Numbered from the stretch's first letter, positions 1 through 10,952 are shown. The stretch: DNA of 35,884 nt from Octopus bimaculoides (GCF_001194135.2 NC_068988.1:38340489-38376372), one strand, 5' to 3'. The notes: generated from the letters alone by a model not told the origin. Translations and numbers: made by a program.

Positions 1-862
1 GCCATGTGTCTCCTCAGATGTGCCACATAGGAAGTGCCACCTTGGGAACTGTGCCATGGGGCTCCGCAAAAGTGCCATCCTTGGAAGTGCCACCCTTAGA
101 ACTGTGCTATGGTGCTCCCCAAAAGTGCCACCCTCGGAACAGTGCTATGGGTCTCCCCCATAGGGCTCCCCATATGTGCCACCCTTGGAGTGTGCCATGG
201 GGCTCCCCAGATGTTCCACCCAGGAAGTGCCAATCTCAGATGTGCCACCCTTGGAACTGTGCCATAGGGCTCCCCATATGTGCCACTTAGGAAGTGCCAT
301 GGTGCTCTCCAGATGTGCCACCCTTGGAGTGTGCCATGAGGCTTCCCAGATGTGCCAAACAGGAAGTGCCACTCTTGGAACTGTGCCATAGGGCTCTGCA
401 GATGTGCAACCCTTCGAACGTTGCCATATGCCCCCCCCATATGTGCCACTTAGGAAGTGCCACGCTCGGAGTTTGCCATAGGGCTCCCCAGATGTGCCAC
501 CCTCGGAGTGTGCCATGAGGCTCCCCAGATGTGCCAGCCTTGGAACTGTGACATAGGGCTCCACAGATATGCCACCCTCGGAACTGTGCCATAGGGCTCC
601 CCATATGTGCCTCCCAGAAAGTTCCACCCTTGGATGTGCCACCCTCGGAGTGTGCCATGGGGCTCCCCAGATGTGCCACCCTCAGATGTCCCACCCTTGG
701 AACTGTGCCATAGGGCTCCCCATATGCGCCACTTAGGAAGTGCCACCCTCGGAGTGTGCCATAGTGCTCCCCCAGAAAGTGCCACCCTCAGAGTGTGCAA
801 TGGGGGTCCCCGGATGTTCCACCCAGGAAGTGCCACCCTTGGAAGTGTGCCATAGGGCTCCC
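1..862. repeat. GC-rich modular minisatellite/satellite (about 37-38 bp basic period, with 51-52 bp variants)
   Basis: Built from three modules that all end in GTGCCA: TAGGGCTCCCCAGATGTGCCA (21 nt), CCCTYGGA(AC/G)TGTGCCA (16-17 nt) and CYYAGGAAGTGCCA (14 nt). It runs off the window start. The overlapping ORFs here are repeat artefacts. Confidence 0.92.
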
Positions 863-982
863 CTCTTTCTTCTCTCAAATCCCTCCTCCGCTTGTCGAAT
901 ATGGTTAAATTACGAGTTCAACTTCACTTGCCCAACCATTCTTTGCAAGTAGAGTTTAGTGTCCAATGAACGAGAGGTTGTT

Positions 983-1016
983 GGGGTTCCCCAGATGTGC
1001 CACCCAGGAAGTGCCA
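983..1016. repeat. Detached partial unit of the satellite
   Basis: GGGGTTCCCCAGATGTGCCACCCAGGAAGTGCCA, separated from the array by ~120 bp of unrelated sequence. Confidence 0.85.
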
Positions 1017-1280
1017 TCATCGTTTAATGTCCGTCTTGTATGCATGCATGGGTAGGATGGTTGACAGGAGTCAGCCATTTAAAAGACTACCCCAGGCTAT
1101 TGTGTCTATTATGCAAGATGTCCTTCCTAATGTCAACCACTCCGCAGAGTGAACTGAGTGCATTTTACATTGCACCAGCATGGGTGAGGTCAGTTTTGGC
1201 ATGGTTTTTACGGCTGGATGCCCTTCTGAATGCCAACCACTTCACAGTGTGGGCAGAATGCTTTTAACATGGCACCAGGA
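1015..1280 (-). mobile_element. Old diverged copy of the (GAT)n-tailed RTE-type retroposon (family A)
   Basis: CATCATCGTTTAATGTCC tail and GGCTGGATGCCCTTC..ATGCCAACCAC motif shared with the young copies. Confidence 0.75.
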
Positions 1281-1402
1281 CTGAAAGGGTCACCAAGTAA
1301 CTTGCAAAACAAGGAATTTTAAGAGATGCAGGGGCATTTGAAGAAGGGATCTTGCATCAGATAATGAAAGAACAGAGTGTAACAGAGAGACAGGGAGGCA
1401 AA

Positions 1403-1680
1403 AACAGGTGTCTTGCTGTAGAGGAGATACACGGTTACCCGGTCAGAGAGAGAGAGAGAGAGAAAGCGGGTGGAAGAGGAAGTGGGAGAGAGGTACAAGA
1501 AAGCGGACAGGAACAGGTGTGTTGATGTAAAAGGAGATACCTGATTACCTAACCAGAGGGAAAAGCAAAAGGAGAGAGAGAGAGAGAGTGATCAGGAATA
1601 AGTGTGCTGCTCTGGAGGAGATACATGACTACCCAACGAGAGGGGAGAGCAAGGGAAAAAGAGGGAGAGAGTGGGAAACA
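1403..1680. repeat. Three degenerate ~85-110 bp direct repeats with (GA)n
   Basis: AA(C/T)A(G/A)GTGT..TG.T.T..AGGAGATAC..G.(T/C)TACC..CAGAG at about 1403, 1512 and 1597. Confidence 0.6.
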
Positions 1681-2186
1681 GCAAAAGTGTGTGTATATAT
1701 ACACTCATACACAAACATGCATATGTTATATCTATTATTTTATATATAGGCGAGTGTATCACCATCATTTCGATGCCAGCATGGGACACTTTTCCTTCTG
1801 TTTCAATAAGTCCTGTCTAAGTAAGTGCCCTTCTCGTTACTAATACTCAGTTGTTTCCAAGTAAGGTACGTAACCTGCAATATGAAGACAATAGGAAGTC
1901 ACAAGCACACACCTCTGTACACATACTCATACATTCATATGCGTGCAAACATGCATATATATATATACATGTATGCACACATACTTACATATATATGTAT
2001 ATGTATATAATGTTGAAAAATGACACGAGCTGATATGTATAAGGAAAATAAGACAAGGTAGAAAATGCTAAAATAATTTTATTGTGAAATACATTATGTA
2101 ACCGTTACAAAATGCATTTCATGATAAAATTATTTTAGCATATTTTACTTTATTTTACCTTGTTTTCCTTATATATATATATATAT

Positions 2187-2607
2187 NNNNNNNNNNNNNN
2201 NNNNNNNNNNNNNNNNNNNNNNNNNNNNNNNNNNNNNNNNNNNNNNNNNNNNNNNNNNNNNNNNNNNNNNNNNNNNNNNNNNNNNNNNNNNNNNNNNNNN
2301 NNNNNNNNNNNNNNNNNNNNNNNNNNNNNNNNNNNNNNNNNNNNNNNNNNNNNNNNNNNNNNNNNNNNNNNNNNNNNNNNNNNNNNNNNNNNNNNNNNNN
2401 NNNNNNNNNNNNNNNNNNNNNNNNNNNNNNNNNNNNNNNNNNNNNNNNNNNNNNNNNNNNNNNNNNNNNNNNNNNNNNNNNNNNNNNNNNNNNNNNNNNN
2501 NNNNNNNNNNNNNNNNNNNNNNNNNNNNNNNNNNNNNNNNNNNNNNNNNNNNNNNNNNNNNNNNNNNNNNNNNNNNNNNNNNNNNNNNNNNNNNNNNNNN
2601 NNNNNNN
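2187..2607. other. Assembly gap
   Basis: Run of N. Confidence 1.
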
Positions 2608-2712
2608 AGTAGGCATCATATAAATATTAAATATTATATTAAATATTAATAATAAAATATTAATCCATCATCTCATATACAAGGAAGGCAACTGATTTTT
2701 CAAGTATTCGCG

Positions 2713-2942
2713 CATCATCATCATCATCATCATCATCATCGTTTAACGTCCGCTTTCCATGCTAGCATGGGTTGGACGATTTGACTGAGGACTGGTGAAA
2801 CCAGATGGCTACACCAGGCTCCAATCTGATTTGGCAGAGTTTCTACAGCTGGATAACCCTTCCTAACGCCAACCACTCAGAGAATGTAGTGGGTGCTTTT
2901 ACGTGTCACCCGCACAAAGGCCAGTCAGGCGGTACTGGCAAC
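2713..2942 (-). mobile_element. Young 5'-truncated family A retroposon with (GAT)n tail
   Basis: (CAT)n-CGTTTAACGTCCGCTTTCCATGCTAGCATGGGTTGGACG..., nearly identical to the copies at 4763, 12986, 13488, 20458, 26593 and 35710. Confidence 0.92.
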
Positions 2943-3097
2943 ATGCTTATGGTATTTAAAAAAACTACCATCGGATATAATGTTACCATCATAAATAATT
3001 AATTATATATTAAAACAACTTGAATTTTGAATCTGTTGACACTTCACGTTTTATTACACTAGTGTCTGTAAGTATAAGGATTAAAGAATGCTTAGTA

Positions 3098-3325
3098 TTG
3101 GGTTGTCCGGAAAGTTCGTGCTGATTTTTAAAGGAAAGAAAAAGCTCAATAAATACTTGCCATTACATTGTTAATCAACCAAATATGAACCATTTTGTTG
3201 CACAATGCGTCTCCATCTTTCCTTTAACTTGAAAATACTCTCTTCCCAGAATTGATGTGGTTTCATGGCAAATAAGTCGAAAGGTAAGCTACTATAAATT
3301 GGCACGAACTTTCTGGACAACCCAA
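3098..3325 (-). mobile_element. Internally deleted mariner (228 bp) with TIRs and TA target duplication
   Basis: 24-bp TIR TTGGGTTGTCC(G/A)GAAAGTTCGTGC (1 mismatch) with TA on both sides. Retains a mariner C-terminus: FAMKPHQFWEESIFKLKERWRRIVQQNGSYLVD*. Confidence 0.92.
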
Positions 3326-3330
3326 TAGAT

Positions 3331-3548
3331 ATAATCCTTTCTACCATAGGCACAAAGCCTGAAATTTGTAGGGAGGGAGGTAGTCGATTATATTAACCAC
3401 AGCACTCAGTTAGTACTTATCTCATCGACCCTGAAAGGATGGAAGGCAAAGTCGACCTCGGCAGAATTTGAACTCAGAATGTAGCAATGGGCGAAATACT
3501 GATAAACATTTCATCCAGCATGCTAACGATTCTGCCAGCTCACTGCCT
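3331..3548 (-). mobile_element. tRNA-headed SINE, family C (Meta-domain-like core)
   Basis: Minus strand reads GGCAGTGAGCTGGCAGAATCGTTAGC..GAGTTCAAATTC..GTCGACTTTGCCTTCCATCCTTTCAGGGTCGAT; many copies in the window. Confidence 0.85.
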
Positions 3549-3771
3549 TATTAAGTATAATATTAATATAAAGATATTAAATGGTAAAAATTTATATTAA
3601 GTTCCCTACACAGGTGACAGTATCATTGCTATTGCTATAAATTCAATTAAACGTGTTTCTCATGAATAATGTAGATGATATTTTATATTGTAATTCATTA
3701 AATTAAGATAGAGGCAAACATATTGATTTATATTGATTGTGGCTTTAGTAGTTTTTTAATATTCTTTTTTT

Positions 3772-3985
3772 TTCCTTTTTATTTGTTTCTGCCATTTGAC
3801 TGTAGCCATGCTGGAGCACCACCTTTAGTCAAACAAATCGACCCAAGGACTTACTCTTTGTAAGACTAATACTTATTCTATTGGTCTCTTTTGCCGAACC
3901 AATAAGTTACAGGGACGTAAACACACCACCATCAGTTGTCAAGTAATGAATGGTGAGGAGACAAAAACAGACACACAAACATATG
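3772..3985 (-). mobile_element. tRNA-headed SINE, family B, 3' half
   Basis: Matches the reverse complement of 14260-14460. Confidence 0.85.
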
Positions 3986-4620
3986 CATATGTATATATAT
4001 ATACATATATATATATTAAAATTATAATAAAGGGTATCTAAGGCACAGCTATTTCAATATCTCATTTGCATCTGGTTAATTTTAAAGGAATTTTAATGGA
4101 ATTTGGTTAACTTGCATAGAATTTTAACGGAATTTTAATGGGCTTGTTTACCTTACATTTGTTACTACTAATATATTATTTTTAAAAAAAACTGTGTATT
4201 AGCTCAGTTTTTCTTTTCAAATTCTTTTTATTACTATTCTGATATTGTCTATTCATATTTTTATTTAATTTAGATCTGTTATTCTTCCTCAAATGACATT
4301 TTTTATGGCAAAATTATATTCTAGATTTTTCCTAGGACAAACTTCCCTTGTATGATTTATAACTTTGTAGTAATTTCAATTTTTTATTCCTGTTCAATAT
4401 TTTATTCTTTCTCTGCATAACCTCACCACATAAATTTTAAGCCTCAGGCTTTCCTCTTGGTAAATCTTAAAAAAACTATCAGTGGCTTTCTAAACTTTTT
4501 ACCAATTTTTGGTGCTATTTCTAGCATCAAGTTGGTTTGCATTATAAATTACTAGCTGTATATATTTTTCATGCATGTTGCACATTTCCCATGCATGGGA
4601 TGCAGGTGTGGTTGTATATA

Positions 4621-4762
4621 GGTGCAGGCATGGCTGTGTGGTTAAGAAATTTGTTTCCCAACCACACAGTCCCAAGTTCAGTCTCATTGTATGGCACCTA
4701 CTAGAAGGTACCATACAGCCATATGACTGGATTTGGTAGATGGAAACTGAGAGAAGCCCATT
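4621..4762 (+). mobile_element. SINE family B, 5' half (interrupted by family A)
   Basis: GGTGCAGGCATGGCTGTGTGGTTAAG A-box-like head; ends at GGAAACTGAGAGAAGCCC where the (CAT)n tail of family A starts. Confidence 0.85.
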
Positions 4763-5181
4763 CATCATCATCATCATCATCGTTTAACGTCCGCTTTCCA
4801 TGCTAGCATGGGTTGGACGATTTGGCTGAGGACTGGTGCAACCGGATGGCTACACCAGGCTCCAATCCAATTTGGCAGAGTTTCTACAGCTGGATGCCCT
4901 TCCTAACGCCAACCACTCAGAGAGTGTAGTGGGTGCTTTTACGTGTCACCCGCATGAAAACGGCCACGCTCGAAATGGTGTCTTTTATGTGCCACCCGCA
5001 CAAGAGCCAGTCCAGGGGCACTGGCAACAATCTCGCTCGAAAACCCTACAAGGCCAGTCAGGCGGTACTGGCAACGGTCACGCTCAGGATGGTACATCTT
5101 ATGTGCCACCCGCACAAGAGCCAGTCCAGGGGCACTGGCAACGATCTCACTTGGCTTGCCGGGTCTTCTCACGCACAGCAC
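4763..5181 (-). mobile_element. Young family A retroposon with internal tandem modules
   Basis: Shared ~190-bp 3' end plus repeated ATGTGCCACCCGCACAAGAGCCAGTCCAGGGGCACTGGCAAC modules. Confidence 0.92.
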
Positions 5182-5454
5182 ATTGAGTTGGAACAGCTAT
5201 ATATGGGAGAGTTGAGCAATGTCTCAACTCTCCCTTTAATTGATGTATGGTGAAAAAACAATTTTAACCTGTTAATTTTTATTACTTCCTGTGATAAATA
5301 GCAAAATCTTTGGTAGCTGTTAATGAGCTGTGTTTGCTTTTGGGTTTAAATGCCTTGAAGCTAAATTGCATAGAGCTTCAATTCATTAAAGATTAAATTT
5401 TGATCTACTTGCCTTTATACTGGCTAAAATTTGCACATGTATTGACTTTTTCAG

Positions 5455-5925
5455 ATGCCTCGGAAATATGTCTGGATGACCAATCATGGGGCTTCAGAGG
5501 ACGATCTGACTAGGACCAGAGATTGTATCAGGGAAGGATGCAGTATCTGTGCAGTTGCTAAAGATTTCAATAGAGCAAGAATGACACTAAAAAGATATAT
5601 AGACAAATGCAATTAAAAAAATGACGAGCAAAACAAAGTGTTTGGCTACAGAAATTGCAGGATAAAAAAAAAAAGACATTTTCGTCAGAGATGGAAGCTG
5701 AGTTATTACCTCACATAAAGACATTAGCTGAGCAGTTCCACAGACTCACATGAAATAAATGCCATGAGTTGACAGTGGGATATGCATTAAAAAACAATGT
5801 TATGGTCTCTGGTTCTTGGCAACAAAATGGAATGACTGGCGAGCATTTTTGGATATCCTTTAAAGAAAGAAACCATCTAGCAATTCGAACACCAGAGGCT
5901 GCATCTCTTCCTAGAGCAAATGCAA
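5455..5925 (+). pseudogene. pogo/Tigger-type (CENP-B-like HTH) transposase N-terminal fragment
   Basis: MPRKYVWMT...CSICAVAKDFNRARMTLKRYI* then FSSEMEAELLPHIKTLAEQFHRLT*NKCHEL...GEHFWISFKERNHLAIRTPEAASLPRA. Fits the psq-type HTH plus HTH_Tnp_Tc5 pattern; has stops and a frameshift in an A-run. Confidence 0.8.
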
Positions 5926-5974
5926 GTGCATGTGAATATATATTTACATTTGTGTTTCCTTGTTTTGATATTAC

Positions 5975-6192
5975 ACAAACGTTGTCACCATCATGCAAGC
6001 AATGTCATTCAGTTGCAGTATTGTATGAGAGTAAACCATACAATAGAGAAATAGATACCTTACTTAGAAACAAGTAGGTACCGGCAACAGGAAGACCATC
6101 TGGCCAAAGAAAATCTAGCCCAACAAACACTTTCCAACCCATGCAAGCAAAAAAAAAGTGGATGCTAAAACTATGGTGATAATGATGGTATG
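5975..6192 (+). mobile_element. Old SINE-like element with RTE-type 3' tail
   Basis: ACCTTACTTAGAAACAAG..AGGAAGACCATC..CCAACCCATGCAAGC..GATAATGATG; similar to 27225-27435. Confidence 0.6.
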
Positions 6193-6545
6193 TCCTAGTC
6201 AACCAGTTTCATATCTTATAATGTATATCTCTGAAACCAAAGTTCACTTGGTTTCTGTTTTTATTCTGTAACAAAACCAGCAATATTAATTCCATTCTTT
6301 TTGTAGTGACTGTAAAATTTATATCACAACATCACAAGATTTCTCTACCTCTCAAAAATGTGTCATCGGTTTTTCCAAGACTTCAAAATGTTACATTTTC
6401 AGTAATCTTTTGGTATCATCAAAGCATTAACTAACCAACTTTCAACATTTAACCATCAGTTCATGGATAAAATATTTTAATATCATTTCTTCATTGGTAA
6501 TTTTGTTTATATTAAAATCAATATATATACATATATATATCTCAA

Positions 6546-6685
6546 AGTATGGCTGTATTATAAGAATTTTGCTTCCCAATCACATGGTTCCAGGTTCAGT
6601 TCCACTGCAGGACCCCCACTGTAGAACTCTTCATTCATTGCCCTGGGCTGATCAAAGCCCTGTGAATGGATTTGGTATATGACAG
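6546..6685 (+). mobile_element. SINE family B, 5' half
   Basis: ATGGCTGT..TTTGCTTCCCAATCACATGGTTCCAGGTTCAGTTCC. Confidence 0.8.
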
Positions 6686-6830
6686 GCTTCTTTCAGTCTC
6701 CATTTACCAAATCCACTCACAAGGCTTTGGTCAACCCAAGGCTTATAGTAGAAGACAATTCCCCAAGGTGTCATGCAGTGGGACTGAACCTGGAACCATG
6801 TGGTTGGTAAGCAAGCTACTTACTACACAC
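6686..6830 (-). mobile_element. SINE family B, 5' half, inverted against the previous copy
   Basis: CTTCTTTCAGTCTCCATTTACCAAATCCACTCACAAGGC..GGGACTGAACCTGGAACCATGTGG. Confidence 0.88.
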
Positions 6831-6840
6831 ACACTTTTGT

Positions 6841-6841
6841 A

Positions 6842-6881
<40 letters not shown>

Positions 6882-6975
6882 TACATATAAATATACACAC
6901 ACATACATATAAACATATACATACACACTTATATATATATATATATATGCACATTTATATGTATATATATGGTGG

Positions 6976-7011
<36 letters not shown>
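6841..7011. repeat. Compound (TA)n/(CA)n/(GAT)n microsatellite
   Basis: Seen directly. Confidence 0.95.
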
Positions 7012-7013
<2 letters not shown>

Positions 7014-7760
7014 AGCATAAAATCTTCCAACAATCCTCTTTAAGGCAGAATGTTGTAAACTTGCCTTTTTCTGCAAACTAATCTAAATTTATTTGTTATT
7101 CCTTCAGCTATTACAATATTGGAAGTTCATAATTTTCAAATGACTGAACATGAAAAAAAAAAAATCTATGAAAAATCAAAAATTCTTTGTAATATTTTTA
7201 TTTTTGTTAAATATTTGTCACCAAGAGTTTTGAAAATTCTTCATAGCTACTATTTTTAGTTTTTCTAAATTTTTATTGACACTTCTTCATATTTTTTGTT
7301 GATCATGCAATCCAGAATTCAGGAAAAAACAAAAGTAAATTCTATAATGACTGCCAAAAAGATGCAATATAATGGAATATAATGAGAAAGAAGGAATAAA
7401 AGAATGAAAGAATAATGATATAATGATAGAATGAAAGAATGAGTTTCAGTAATTAGGTAACCTCACTGTTCAGCATTTCAGGTGAGACAACCTTTATGAA
7501 AATAATCACATGTATGTGTGTGTGTGTGTGTGTGTGTGATTACTTGTGACTCAAAGGCAAGTGTAGACAAGTGCACCATTACAAATTTTTGGAAGAAAAA
7601 CTTGGGATTTACTTATTCCCTCCACAGCACCAACCTTCAGGAATCTGTTTGCAAATATAACCTTTGTATTATTGGACAAACTACATTTCTAAAATCATCC
7701 AAAAGCCTGAAGGTGTCTTAGCACCATTCAGTAAAACTTTTGTTGGCCACTCACTTTTAC

Positions 7761-7920
7761 TTAATCCTTTAACATTCAAATTATTATGACAAATATTGAT
7801 GTTTATTTATTCACATTTTGAATGAATGAATTAATCATAAATTATCTCATAACGTTGAGATTTCAATATGATTGTTTATTTTTAGAGTGACAACAGATGA
7901 TAGGTGTGAGAAGTCACATT
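7761..7920 (+). mobile_element. Partial TTAA-CCCTTT-type (piggyBac-like) MITE
   Basis: TTAATCCTTTAACATTC start and internal similarity to 29629-29850. Confidence 0.55.
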
Positions 7921-7969
7921 CTTCTTTTTAGCTATTTTACCATTCCCTTTTCCGTCTTTGTACTTTTAC

Positions 7970-8188
7970 GTGACTAGTGCCACATAAAAAGCACTGGTGA
8001 TGGTGTCACATAAAAAGCACTCAGTACATTTTGTGATGTAGTTGGTGTTAGGAAGGGTATCCAGCTGTGGAAACCAAGCCAAAACAGACTGTGGAACCTG
8101 ATGCATCCACTGGTCTTGCCAATTCCTGTCAAGCCATCCAACCCATACCAGCATGGAAAATGGACATTAGATGTTGATGATGACGATG
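7970..8188 (+). mobile_element. Old family A-related retroposon 3' end
   Basis: CACATAAAAAGCAC..GTTAGGAAGGGTATCCAGCTGT..CCAACCCATACCAGCATGGAAAA..GATGATGACGATG. Confidence 0.8.
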
Positions 8189-8501
8189 CTGGTAATTCTG
8201 TGTAGCCTGTATGAACTTTTGGCTATCATAGATGTCTTTCTTTGAATTCTTGCTGTTTCCGTTACACTTTTTTTACCATTTTTCCAATGAGTTCTCATGC
8301 ACGTGAGTACTATATACAATAACCGCATAATTATTGTTGTTGTTGTTGTTCTGCATGTGCGAACAATGGAAATATACTCAATAAAAGTTACTCATTGTGC
8401 AAAAAGACATTCCCATGACACACACATTTGAAATAAAAAAACATTGCTTGGATGATCTATTTAGAAAAGAGAAAGTATGTTTTGAAAACACATTTGCTGA
8501 A

Positions 8502-8760
8502 ATAAGAATGGGGTTGACAAAATTCAGGAAGTTTGCAACAAAGGGATTTTCTCTTCAATAAAGGTCAGATTGCATGATGATTGTGTATGAAATGTGATGC
8601 TGCATGGCAGCAAGACATGGAAGTATTGAATGTGGAGGGTGTTGTGCAAAAACTGGAATGGAAAGAAGTGATCAGTCTCCATTTGATGTGTAGTATTAGT
8701 ATGCATGAACAACCGAATACAAATAAGCTGAGATAAAATCTTACTAAACATAAGAGAAAT
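8502..8760 (+). pseudogene. RTE-clade LINE reverse-transcriptase downstream fragment
   Basis: IRMGLTKFRKFATKGFSL / IKVRLHDDCV*NVMLHGSKTW, resembling the RTE motif K-RLY--CV---MLHGSETW; disrupted. Confidence 0.7.
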
Positions 8761-8794
8761 CAAATTCAGTCTACTAGAGAAAAGACTGAGTATT

Positions 8795-8960
8795 TATTTT
8801 GGTTCATAACATTTTGAGTTCAATTCCTATTGTAGTCATCTTTGATTTTTCATTTTTTCAGGGTTGATAAAATAATGTATCACTGAAGAAATAGGTTTGA
8901 CGGTTTCAACTAATCCTCTTCCTTGGCCTTCAGATATTGTATCTAAATTGGAAACAATTA
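8795..8960 (+). mobile_element. Degenerate SINE family C
   Basis: GAGTTCAATTCC..TTTCATTTTTTCAGGGTTGATAAAATAA. Confidence 0.6.
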
Positions 8961-9054
8961 CTATTGTAAAGTATTTATTCAAATATGTATGCTTGTGTGG
9001 GTGTGTGTATATCTATCTATCTATCTATCTCTCTCTATATATATATATAGTTAT

Positions 9055-9260
9055 GGTATATTCTGTATTTGTGCTCAGTCATTCATGCACATTAATACTA
9101 CACACCAGTGGAGATTGATCACTTCTTCCCTTTCTAACTTTTGAACAACATCCTCCACATTCGATGCTTCCATGCCTTGCTACTATCCAGCATCACATTT
9201 CATATGCAAGCATCATGCAACCTGACCTTTATTGAAGAGAGAACCCCATTGTTGCCAACA
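9055..9260 (-). pseudogene. Second RTE-clade LINE fragment, inverted relative to 8502-8760
   Basis: Reverse complement aligns with 8535-8725 (shared TCTCTTCAATAAAGGTCAG, AAATGTGATGCTG, GAATGTGGAGG). Confidence 0.75.
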
Positions 9261-9280
9261 TATTTTTTTTCGGTTATATA

Positions 9281-9490
9281 TTCTTTTATTCTTTTACTTG
9301 TTTCAGTCATCTGACTGCAGCCATGCTGGAGCACCACCTTTCATTGAACAAATCAACCACAGGACTTATTCTTTTGTAAGCCTAGTACTCATTCTATCAG
9401 TCTCTTTTACTGAACCATTAAGTTACGGGGATGTAAACACACCAACATTGGTTGTCAAGCGATGGCAGGGGAACAAACACAGATAAACAT
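9281..9490 (-). mobile_element. SINE family B, 3' half
   Basis: CTTTTACTTGTTTCAGTCAT..GCCATGCTGGAGCACC..TTGTAAGCCTAGTACT. Confidence 0.88.
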
Positions 9491-9929
9491 ATATATACAC
9501 TTGCCCAAGGTACCATGCAGTGGGATTGAAACAAATGAAAACATTAAATGTTGATGATAATGTTCAAATCCAGTTTTGTTAATAATTTGTTCCAGAAAAA
9601 TTGCAGAAAAATGTTAGTGAGGTTTTAAAGTTTAATCAATTTTATCTAATCAGAAAACAGGATTTGGAAGCTGGCATTTTCTGCATGATAACTGTCTGTA
9701 ACAATTGAAAGTAAAATCATTACGAGGTAGAATTATTATTAAACAAATGAAAGCAAAGCATTACAATGACCAAAGTTGTAAGGACTTCTGAAGTTTTAAT
9801 AAGTTTTAATGAATAAAGTCATGTGAAACAGTTGAACAGACATGTAAATAATTTAAAAAGGAAAAAATTCTTCACCAAAGTTTTCTGTGACAAGTTGCAC
9901 AAGTCTGCCCTGATCAAGAAGCCTATCTG

Positions 9930-10023
9930 TTGGAGAAGGTATGGTCTGAGATGGAATAAACAAAAATTTATATAAGACATTCTATTGTAAAGATTGCCTG
10001 GCAACGACAGGCTATTCAGCTAG
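9930..10023 (+). mobile_element. Helitron 3' terminus
   Basis: Hairpin GCCTG-GCAACGA-CAGGC (9996-10012), then 7 nt, then CTAG|T; aligns with the minus-strand Helitron end at 22006-22100. Confidence 0.7.
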
Positions 10024-10882
10024 TATATACATAAATTCGAGGTAGATTTTTTTCTTTATGTTCATATTTCAAAAAACACATCTTGTTGGAATTGAAAAGT
10101 AGACCACTGGACACTTAGTAAACCATTAACATCTGATTTACCGTTGCTTGACATCGAATTATTGTAACATTAGTTATCTCACTTGTGATTTTTTTTTTTC
10201 CTTTTTGTCTTCTTCTTTACAAGCATGTCTTGTTTAAACATTATTTGTTCAAGAAACAACAGACAAACGGTCTTGCTTTCAGCTTAATAAATGACAGAAT
10301 AGATTATTATTTCAACTAAGAAACTCTGGGTAGCTATTTGCAAGATTTGTGATTTTTAATTTAAGATTATTTTTACTCTCTTAGCTGGTCAAGTACTTTT
10401 CTACATGTTGAAGCTTTACCACATAATACACACGCACATATACACACACACATTCAGATTGACCTCCTGCTATTATTATTACAAAAAAAAAAAAAAGGAC
10501 ACATACGATAATATAGTGCTGGACTTCCGAAATAGAAAATAAATGAGATGGTCACATTCAGAATGTCTTTGATACTATATCTGGTGGATCAGTGCTGACC
10601 TGGCACTGAGTAGCACCAATAACAACAAGAACTGCCAATCAGAGAAGAAGATTTATTTTGGTTTCAGGTGTGTAATTTGGACGCACCTGACACAAAACTT
10701 TTATTCTGAGATGCTTTAATGGAATAACACTTAAGGTAAATGTAAAATAGACTTTGGATTGACAAGATTAACTAGAATGGAAATACTCTCTGTTTCTATC
10801 TCTGTCTGCAGCTCTTATTCTGTCCCTGTCTATTTGTCTCTTTGCCTGTATATATGTGTGTGCGTGTGTGTGGGCGTATGTA

Positions 10883-10885
<3 letters not shown>

Positions 10886-10952
<67 letters not shown>
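10886..10952. repeat. (TA)n microsatellite within a CA/TA-rich tract extending to ~11310
   Basis: Seen directly. Confidence 0.97.

Noticed and set aside
6-952. Many overlapping 70-165 aa ORFs
   Set aside because: Produced by a stop-poor tandem repeat, open on both strands, with no domain signature.
4836-5253. Recurring ORFs of the type MxPDGYTRLQSxLAEFLQLDALPNANHSESVVGAF (also 2805, 12946-13398, 26657)
   Set aside because: Antisense translation of family A retroposon copies; frames differ among copies.
9880-10000. TFYCKDC-like peptide suggesting a piggyBac cysteine-rich tail
   Set aside because: Better explained as the Helitron 3' region; no supporting upstream cysteines in frame.
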